From: Bacteroidia bacterium
Lineage (GTDB): Bacteria; Bacteroidota; Bacteroidia; SpSt-205
Assembly (NCBI GenBank): GCA_039630245.1
Contig: JBCNVK010000001.1
Location: 333,598-397,597, forward strand
Length of the DNA stretch: 64,000 bases
Reading direction: 5' to 3'
Made by a program: the position numbers and the translations under genes. The notes beneath the pieces are model-generated. The model did not search any database. It was given only the letters and a program-made list of their open reading frames with translations, and was not told the DNA's origin. Each line of letters starts with the position of its first letter. The first letter of the stretch is position 1. This document shows, one piece after another, positions 58,218 to 64,000 of the stretch.

Positions 58218-59808
58218 GCTTATTGAGCGTCTGGAGCTGGTGGCGGAGGCGCCTTTTCGGGTACGGGCCTATCAGCGCCTGCGCGAGGTACTGGCAGCGC
58301 TACCCGAAGAAAGTTGGGACTCAGAGGTAGCGCTAGCCCGCGCCCTACAAAATAAGCCTGGTATAGGGGAGGGGCTACGACGGCTGGCCTTAGAACTCTA
58401 TTTAGAAGGCACGAGCGGCGTACTGGAGGAGCTACGGCAGGAGGTACCTGAAAGCCTCCTAGAACTGCGGCGCCTACCCGGCTTAGGGCCCAAGCGGATC
58501 CAGCAGCTTTGGAAGGAAGCCCGCATTACTTCGGTAGATGGGCTTGCCCAAGCGCTACGCCGCGGCACCCTCGCTAAGCTCAAGGGCTGGACTCCAGCCC
58601 TCCTCAGCCGCTTAGAGGCGGCCCTCGCCTGGTATCAGAGCCAGCGGGATCTCCTGCTGTACTACGAGGCCTACCGGCTGTGGGAAAAGGCCACCGAACC
58701 CCTGAGCCAGCGGAAAATCCGCACAGCCCCCGTGGGCGAATTGCGGCGCGCCCTGCCCCTAGTGCGGCGCGTGGAAGGAATCGTAGGGCTAGATCAAGAG
58801 GAAGCCTTGAGACAGCTCGGCTGGCAGGCCCATGAGGGCACCTGGAGGCACCCTACCCTGCCCGTGACGCTTTATCCTGTCGCGCCCGAGCGCTGGGGTG
58901 AGGCCCTACTTTTTTACACAGGCCCTGAAACCTTCTGGAAAGCCCTTGCGCCCCGCTTAGCCCAACTTGATACCCTTATGTCGGAAGAAGCCATTTTCGC
59001 CCAGCTCGGCTTACCCAACATACTCCCAGCCTGGCGCGATTGGGCGGATATCTTGGAGCTTGCGGCCGAAGGCCGCCTGCCTGAACCGCTACAGCCCAGC
59101 GACATTCGGGGTACGCTGCATGTACATACCGTTTTTTCCGATGGTAGTGCCACTCCCGAGGCCCTAGCCGAAAAGGCGCGCCAGTACGGCTGGAAGTGGC
59201 TGGGGATCGCCGACCACAGCCAGAGGGCCTATTACGCTAAAGGCCTTTCGCCCGAGCGCCTAAACGAGCAGATAGCCCACCTCACCCGCCTCAATGCTAG
59301 CTTCCAAGGCGCCTTTCGTCTCCTTTGCGGCATAGAGGCAGATATTTTGCCCGATGGCACGCTGGACTATGAGCCAGCCATATGGCGCAAGCTGGACTAC
59401 ATCGTAGCTTCCGTACACGAGAAGCTCACCATGACGCGGGAGGAAGCCACGGCTCGGCTAGCCCGAGCGCTGGAGAATCCGTACGTGCGCGTGCTGGGGC
59501 ACTGGACGGGCCGCCTCCTGCGCAATAGGCCCGGCTATCCTATAGATGAGGCCCACATATTAGACCTTTGCGCCCAGAAAGGCATAGCCATAGAGTTCAA
59601 TGCCAATCCCTACCGCATGGAGATAGATTGGGTATGGGTGCGCCGAGCTGCCGAAAAAGGCGTGCGAATCGTCCTCACTACGGACGCCCATAGCGTGGAT
59701 GAGCTGGATTACTGGCGGCAGGGGCTAGCGGTGCTTCAGAAAGGCCTCCTGCCCAAAAGCCTGCTACTCAATACCTCCGAAGAGCCCCCCTTCCTCGCCA
59801 AGGAATAG
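58183..59808 (+). CDS. polX: family X DNA polymerase homologue with C-terminal PHP domain (PolX); the polymerase active site appears degenerate
   Basis: Start set at MGRALVLERLDELIERL. HhH motifs (KPGIGEGL, LPGLGPKRI). PHP ligands intact (LHVHTVFSDG, IADHS, GIEADILPDG, ASVH, LGHWTG, TTDAH). The palm motif reads GELRRALPLVRRVEGIV where GSxRR...DxD is expected. Confidence 0.8.
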   Translation: MGRALVLERLDELIERLELVAEAPFRVRAYQRLREVLAALPEESWDSEVALARALQNKPGIGEGLRRLALELYLEGTSGVLEELRQEVPESLLELRRLPGLGPKRIQQLWKEARITSVDGLAQALRRGTLAKLKGWTPALLSRLEAALAWYQSQRDLLLYYEAYRLWEKATEPLSQRKIRTAPVGELRRALPLVRRVEGIVGLDQEEALRQLGWQAHEGTWRHPTLPVTLYPVAPERWGEALLFYTGPETFWKALAPRLAQLDTLMSEEAIFAQLGLPNILPAWRDWADILELAAEGRLPEPLQPSDIRGTLHVHTVFSDGSATPEALAEKARQYGWKWLGIADHSQRAYYAKGLSPERLNEQIAHLTRLNASFQGAFRLLCGIEADILPDGTLDYEPAIWRKLDYIVASVHEKLTMTREEATARLARALENPYVRVLGHWTGRLLRNRPGYPIDEAHILDLCAQKGIAIEFNANPYRMEIDWVWVRRAAEKGVRIVLTTDAHSVDELDYWRQGLAVLQKGLLPKSLLLNTSEEPPFLAKE

Positions 59809-59809
59809 G

Positions 59810-59817
59810 TATCTTCG
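59810..59817 (+). promoter_or_regulatory. near-consensus -7 box TATCTTCG, 4 nt upstream of the ftsK ATG (59822)
   Basis: One mismatch (TTTG to TTCG). Otherwise it has the same layout as alaS (TATCTTTG-tctc-ATG). Confidence 0.3.
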
Positions 59818-59821
59818 CTCT

Positions 59822-60574
59822 ATGGCGGCGCCTCCGCTATCCCGAAAGCGGCTTTTTTTGAGTGCGGGGGTAGGCTTTGCAGGGGTGTATTTACTCGTGG
59901 CGGTGCTGGCCTACTTTGTCAGCTACCCTCTAGACCTGCCCGCCATAGAGGGGGCGCCATCCCCCACGCCTCTAAACAATCCCACCGGCTGGCTGGGTAC
60001 TAAAATAGCGCATCTTTTAGTGTATAGGGGCTTTGGATGGATAGGTGTTCTTTTTCCGATTGCGCTGATTTATGCGGCTTTGGCCTGGGCTCAGGGTAAG
60101 CCGATTCGGGTGAAGGTACTTAGCTGGGGCATAGCCGTCCTCTACGGAGTTTCTACCTTCGGCGGCTGGCTGGTGCAAATGGGCTGGGTAGAAGACCTTA
60201 TCTGGTGCGGCAGCGTCGGGGCCGGTCTGACAGCCTGGCTAAGTCTATATATAGGCCCTGTAGGGGTTGGCCTTACCTGGCTTCTGCTGGCGGGTATAGC
60301 GCTTTATCGCCTACTGCGCGTTTATCAACCTCGTATGGCTGCCTCTATACCTTCTGCTATACCTTCTGAAACCTCTTCGGCTGTATCGGCGCCAGCAGCC
60401 GCCGAGGAAAGCTGGTATGAAGTTATTCGGGAGTCACCTTCCGTTCGCGCTGAGGCTGCCTCCGCTACGGCCCCAGCCTCTAGCTCGTCTAACCCCGATG
60501 GCCTCAAAGCCCCCTCAGCCACCTCTGCCGCTGCCCCTTCTTTAGAAATTCCCCCGCCAGCTCAGTCACCCTAA
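59822..60574 (+). CDS. ftsK: DNA translocase FtsK, N-terminal 4-TM membrane domain plus linker (ends at an in-frame TAA)
   Basis: 250 aa. FtsK_4TM pattern (NPTGWLGTKIAHLLVYRGFGWIGVLFP and further TM segments) followed by an A/S/P-rich linker. The TAA at 60572-60574 is in the same frame as the next ORF. Confidence 0.75.
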   Translation: MAAPPLSRKRLFLSAGVGFAGVYLLVAVLAYFVSYPLDLPAIEGAPSPTPLNNPTGWLGTKIAHLLVYRGFGWIGVLFPIALIYAALAWAQGKPIRVKVLSWGIAVLYGVSTFGGWLVQMGWVEDLIWCGSVGAGLTAWLSLYIGPVGVGLTWLLLAGIALYRLLRVYQPRMAASIPSAIPSETSSAVSAPAAAEESWYEVIRESPSVRAEAASATAPASSSSNPDGLKAPSATSAAAPSLEIPPPAQSP

Positions 60575-60616
60575 CACTCCCCCGCCTCGGAGGCCATCCA
60601 GATAGAACGAGGAGAA

Positions 60617-62203
60617 ATGGAAGAGGCTGCTGCACCGCCTCCATCCGCTGAGTCCGCCTCCCCTAAGCTGACCTTAGAGCTGGTGCCTACGCCTTCGTTT
60701 TCCGAGCCCTCTCCTCCGTCCCCTCAGCCTCTCCGGCTTGAGAAAGCGGCGCTTCCGCCCTTAGATCTCCTGACTGGACCTACCACGGCTCAGCCACCGC
60801 CTATCACGCCAGCCGAACTGGAAGCCTATAAAGAGCAGATTGTACGCACGCTTCAAGAGCATGGGATTCAGCTTAGTCGCATCTCAGCTACGGTAGGGCC
60901 TACTGTGACGCTTTACGAAGTCGTGCCAGCCCCCGGCATACGAATCAGCAAAATCAAGAGCTTAGAGGAGGATATTGCGCTTAGCTTAGCGGCCTTGGGC
61001 ATTCGGATTATTGCGCCTATGCCGGGCAAGGGTACGATTGGAATTGAGGTACCGCACGCTAATCCGCAAGTAGTGGCCCTGGCTGAGCTTCTGGCGACTC
61101 CGGCTTATCAGCAAAGCTCGGCGCGCCTTCCCTTGGCGCTGGGTAAAACGATCACCGGCGAGGCTTTTGTGCGCGACCTTACGCAAATGCCCCACCTTCT
61201 CATAGCTGGCGCTACGGGCCAAGGAAAATCCGTAGCCCTGAACTGCATGATCCTAGCCCTGCTTTTCCGCTGCACCCCCGCCGAAGTGCGCCTCGTGCTG
61301 ATTGACCCAAAGAAGGTAGAAATGAGCGTCTATCAAGGCTTAGAGGGGCATTATCTGGCCGAGATACCTGGCCTACCTGAGCCTATTATTACGGATGTAC
61401 GGTTTGCCCTACCGGCGCTGCAAAGCCTAGTTTTAGAGATGGAGATGCGGTATGAGCTTCTACGGGAGCTTCAGGTACGCAACCTCGTGGAGTATAATCA
61501 GCGCTGCCTGGCGGGGAAAGCTCCCGAAGGGCACAAACCCCTCCCCTACATCGTAGTGATAATAGACGAGCTAGCGGATCTCATGATGACGGCGGGGAAA
61601 GAGGTAGAGGCGCCGATTTGCCGCCTGGCGCAGCTGGCGCGCGCCGTAGGCATACACCTTATCGTAGCTACCCAACGTCCCTCCGTAAACGTCATTACGG
61701 GCCTTATCAAGGCCAACTTCCCCGTGCGGATTTCCTTTCGGGTAGCCTCGCGCGTGGACTCGCGCGTGATACTGGATATGGATGGGGCCGAACGGCTTAT
61801 TGGGCGGGGAGATATGCTTTTTGCGATGGGTACGGAGGTCCTTCGGCTTCAGAGCGGGTATGTAAGTACAGCGGAGATTGAGCGCGTGATAGAGTATATT
61901 GCGCAGCAGCCGCCTACTGAACCTTACGTTCTACCTGAGCCGCCCGCGCCCGATAAGGGCGAAAGCGAAGAGGAGGTCCTGACCGAGCGCGATCCACTCT
62001 TTTACGAGGCGGCGCGCCTAGTCGTACGCACGCAGCAGGGTTCTACCTCGCTCCTTCAGCGGCGGCTTGGCATAGGCTACAACCGTGCGGGCCGCCTTAT
62101 GGAGCAGCTGGAAAAAGCTGGCATCGTTGGACCCGCACGTGGAAGCAAGCCGCGTGAGGTGCTGGTGCCCGATGAGACTCACTTAGGCGCACTTCTGGGG
62201 TGA
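60617..62203 (+). CDS. ftsK: DNA translocase FtsK, linker / alpha-beta motor / gamma domain portion
   Basis: 528 aa. Walker A GATGQGKS, Walker B VVIIDELADL, ATQRPS, gamma wHTH STSLLQRRLGIGYNRAGRLMEQLE. Same frame as 59822-60574, separated by one stop and 14 sense codons. Confidence 0.85.
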   Translation: MEEAAAPPPSAESASPKLTLELVPTPSFSEPSPPSPQPLRLEKAALPPLDLLTGPTTAQPPPITPAELEAYKEQIVRTLQEHGIQLSRISATVGPTVTLYEVVPAPGIRISKIKSLEEDIALSLAALGIRIIAPMPGKGTIGIEVPHANPQVVALAELLATPAYQQSSARLPLALGKTITGEAFVRDLTQMPHLLIAGATGQGKSVALNCMILALLFRCTPAEVRLVLIDPKKVEMSVYQGLEGHYLAEIPGLPEPIITDVRFALPALQSLVLEMEMRYELLRELQVRNLVEYNQRCLAGKAPEGHKPLPYIVVIIDELADLMMTAGKEVEAPICRLAQLARAVGIHLIVATQRPSVNVITGLIKANFPVRISFRVASRVDSRVILDMDGAERLIGRGDMLFAMGTEVLRLQSGYVSTAEIERVIEYIAQQPPTEPYVLPEPPAPDKGESEEEVLTERDPLFYEAARLVVRTQQGSTSLLQRRLGIGYNRAGRLMEQLEKAGIVGPARGSKPREVLVPDETHLGALLG

Positions 62204-62219
62204 GATAGGCTTTTTGCCG

Positions 62220-62227
62220 TATATTTG
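62220..62227 (+). promoter_or_regulatory. -7 promoter box TATATTTG, 10 nt upstream of the tRNA-Phe 5' end
   Basis: Exact TAnnTTTG on the plus strand, in the 34-nt gap after the ftsK stop. Confidence 0.5.
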
Positions 62228-62237
62228 CGATGGCGGT

Positions 62238-62310
62238 GGTGATGTAGCTCAGCAGGTAGAGCACCAGACTGAAAATCTGGGGGTCGGCGGTTCGATTCCG
62301 CCCGTCACCA
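62238..62310 (+). tRNA. tRNA-Phe (anticodon GAA)
   Basis: GGTGATGTAGCTCAGCAGGTAGAGCACCAGACTGAAAATCTGGGGGTCGGCGGTTCGATTCCGCCCGTCACCA folds as a 73-nt cloverleaf with anticodon loop CTGAAAA. CCA is not encoded. ORF 62214..62438 over it is spurious. Confidence 0.95.
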
Positions 62311-62313
62311 CAA

Positions 62314-64000
62314 GTGCGCTTATTGGGGCTGGGGCTAAGTGGGCTTGTAGCGGCGCAAGTAGTGGTGGGAGGCGTTACCGAGCGAAGCGCCCGTCTCTTT
62401 ATTTGGGATACGGTAGCGGAAGTGGCTTTGGGTTCTGAGCCTCCTCAGCGCCACTATGCTCCTACCCCTCCACTCCGCTTAGAACTCACTGATCTCAAGC
62501 CCTCCACACGCTATACCTATACGGTACGCCTTTCCAAAGGCGACTCGGTGCAAGGGACATTTTACACGCCGCCGCTCCAGCCGCTGCGCGTGGCTTTTAT
62601 TTCCTGTAACGAGCTGGGGCCGCAGGCCAAGCGCCAGCAAGCCATATATCAGCAAATAGCTAAGGTCCAACCGCATCTAATCATTCATTTAGGTGACTGG
62701 GGCTATCCCGATACTACGGAACCTAACTTTCCCCCAGGTACGCGGTTTTTCCCGTATCGCTGGGAAAACCTTGTGCAGCTTTACGCTGCACGCTATAATG
62801 AGTCCTACATCCAGTCCCTCCTGCGGGCTGCTGCATGGGCCTATCTATACGATGACCACGATTATGTAGCTGATAATACGGGCAAAAATTATCGCGCTCA
62901 GTACCGCACGCTGAGCCTCCCTGTAGGCGATTATCCTTTTGATCCGCGCTACCGCCAGCACGCCATGGAGGCCTATCGGCAATTTTTCCCCCATTATCCC
63001 CTTCCGGCTCCCGAAGAGGCTCTCTTCCAAAGCTTTCGTTGGGGGGATGTAGAGTTTTTCTTCTTAGATACCCGCAGCGCGCGCACGGGCACAATGCGTG
63101 TCTTTGAGTTAGGCGAGCTGGGGCGGTATTACTTTCGCCCTAAGCCCGAAATCACGCTTTTAGGGGCCCAGCAGCGTGAATGGCTTTTAGACGCCCTACG
63201 CCGAAGTACGGCCAAATGGAAAATCATCCTCTCTGGCGTAACCTACAATCGCAACCTGCGCCTTTTTATTGAACAGGTGCTCACCCTGCCTAATCAGGAG
63301 TTTCGTTACTTTGGCGGCCTTTACAAAGTACCCGCTATTTTCATAGCAGGTTTTATAGCCGATACATGGGGTGGCTATCCAGCTGATCAGGATTCCCTTT
63401 TAGCCTGGTGCTGGCGGCATGGTATTCGTGGAGTTGTAATCGTAAGCGGCGACACTCATGTAGCTACGATGGAGGATGGGACGATGGGCGGCTTTCCTGA
63501 GCTTATGACAGGTGGCATAGGCAAAGTTTCTAAGCGGAGCTATCTATTAGCCAAAAAGCTACGCATAGGTATCTTCAATCGTGGGGCTCAAGGCCTTACT
63601 ACGAAGGCCTTTCGTCCAGCCTTCGGTCTAGCGGAGTTTTATGCCGACTCGGCTCACTTTCAAATTATAGACGCTAAGGGGGAGATAGTAGGGCAGATGA
63701 CCTGCCGGGCGCAGGATTTGCCCTTACCCCCAGCGCTGTGGGACCGATTGACGGCGTCAAATGGAGGTCTCATCTTCCACTTAGAGCCTATCGGAGGCCG
63801 AAAGTATAAGCTAAGGTGGCTTTTACCGAGGGAGCTACCCAGCCAGTTAACTTTCCGCCTTTATAATGCCCAGGGTGAAAAGGTTTGGGAGGCTCCTACA
63901 AAGCCCGCTGCCTACTGGCAGGCACAGAAAGTTTTGGAACTACCAGCCGTTCCATCAGGTACTTATTTCTTGCGGGCGGAATCAGGCGGTGCCTATTACG
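62314..64000 (+). CDS. PhoD-like phosphatase / metallophosphoesterase with a C-terminal T9SS sorting domain (3' end outside the window)
   Basis: This frame is open to the window edge and is not in the ORF track. Own translation: (M)RLLGLGLSGLVAAQ signal peptide, PhoD_N-like VVGGVTERSARLFIWDT...LKPSTRYTYTV, metallophosphatase motifs HLGDWGY, YDDHDY and VSGDTHVA, and a terminal CTD-like LPAVPSGTYFLRAESGG. GTG start inferred; there is no in-frame ATG before the PhoD_N-like domain. Confidence 0.7.
   Translation, partial: MRLLGLGLSGLVAAQVVVGGVTERSARLFIWDTVAEVALGSEPPQRHYAPTPPLRLELTDLKPSTRYTYTVRLSKGDSVQGTFYTPPLQPLRVAFISCNELGPQAKRQQAIYQQIAKVQPHLIIHLGDWGYPDTTEPNFPPGTRFFPYRWENLVQLYAARYNESYIQSLLRAAAWAYLYDDHDYVADNTGKNYRAQYRTLSLPVGDYPFDPRYRQHAMEAYRQFFPHYPLPAPEEALFQSFRWGDVEFFFLDTRSARTGTMRVFELGELGRYYFRPKPEITLLGAQQREWLLDALRRSTAKWKIILSGVTYNRNLRLFIEQVLTLPNQEFRYFGGLYKVPAIFIAGFIADTWGGYPADQDSLLAWCWRHGIRGVVIVSGDTHVATMEDGTMGGFPELMTGGIGKVSKRSYLLAKKLRIGIFNRGAQGLTTKAFRPAFGLAEFYADSAHFQIIDAKGEIVGQMTCRAQDLPLPPALWDRLTASNGGLIFHLEPIGGRKYKLRWLLPRELPSQLTFRLYNAQGEKVWEAPTKPAAYWQAQKVLELPAVPSGTYFLRAESGGAYY

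Noticed and set aside
60572-60574. Recoding of the ftsK internal stop as selenocysteine or pyrrolysine.
   Set aside because: The codon is TAA, not TGA or TAG, and I saw no SECIS-like hairpin immediately downstream.
62214-62438. 74-aa ORF downstream of ftsK.
   Set aside because: It is read straight through tRNA-Phe (62238-62310) in one frame, and beyond the tRNA it runs out of frame through the 5' end of the PhoD-like CDS. The tRNA cloverleaf and the PhoD-like frame explain the sequence.

Overview
This is a gene-dense, moderately GC-rich chromosomal segment that reads as core genome of a member of Bacteroidota. Lineage markers are gldH, type IX secretion (T9SS) C-terminal sorting domains, DUF5683- and DUF5103-like proteins, a CarboxypepD_reg-type TonB-dependent receptor, and TAnnTTTG promoter boxes. 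I call about 60 CDS, mostly housekeeping: pepP, a futalosine-pathway radical SAM enzyme, a fadD-like ligase, alaS, a phosphohexomutase, mutS, pdxJ, htpX, sucD, pssA-nadD-gmk, sdhCAB, rsmE, nusB, a Leu/Val dehydrogenase, ndk, eno, polX and ftsK. Four RNA genes are invisible to the ORF track: RNase P RNA (rnpB, 9883-10189, minus), tRNA-Met(CAT) plus tRNA-Pro(CGG) (50412-50562, minus), and tRNA-Phe(GAA) (62238-62310, plus). I found no transposase, integrase, CRISPR array, rRNA, or recognisable defence or biosynthetic island. I cannot point to a clear-cut novel multi-gene system. The observations most worth following up are these. (1) Exact TAnnTTTG -7 boxes sit only 4-7 nt from the start codon or mature RNA 5' end at most transcription-unit heads, implying widespread leaderless or near-leaderless mRNAs, often in very compact bidirectional modules. 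(2) Two CDS (rsmE and a PhoD-like phosphatase) start 5 and 3 nt after a tRNA 3' end, a tRNA-punctuation-like layout. (3) ftsK is interrupted by a single in-frame TAA in its linker. (4) The PolX homologue has lost all three polymerase catalytic aspartates but keeps an intact PHP domain. (5) A cargo-less T9SS sorting-domain mini-protein lies next to gldH. (6) A ComEA-type HhH domain is fused to a large predicted outer-membrane barrel and coupled to a TonB-dependent receptor. Many ORF-track entries are antisense shadow ORFs or over-extended N-termini, and I corrected the starts where the sequence supported it.
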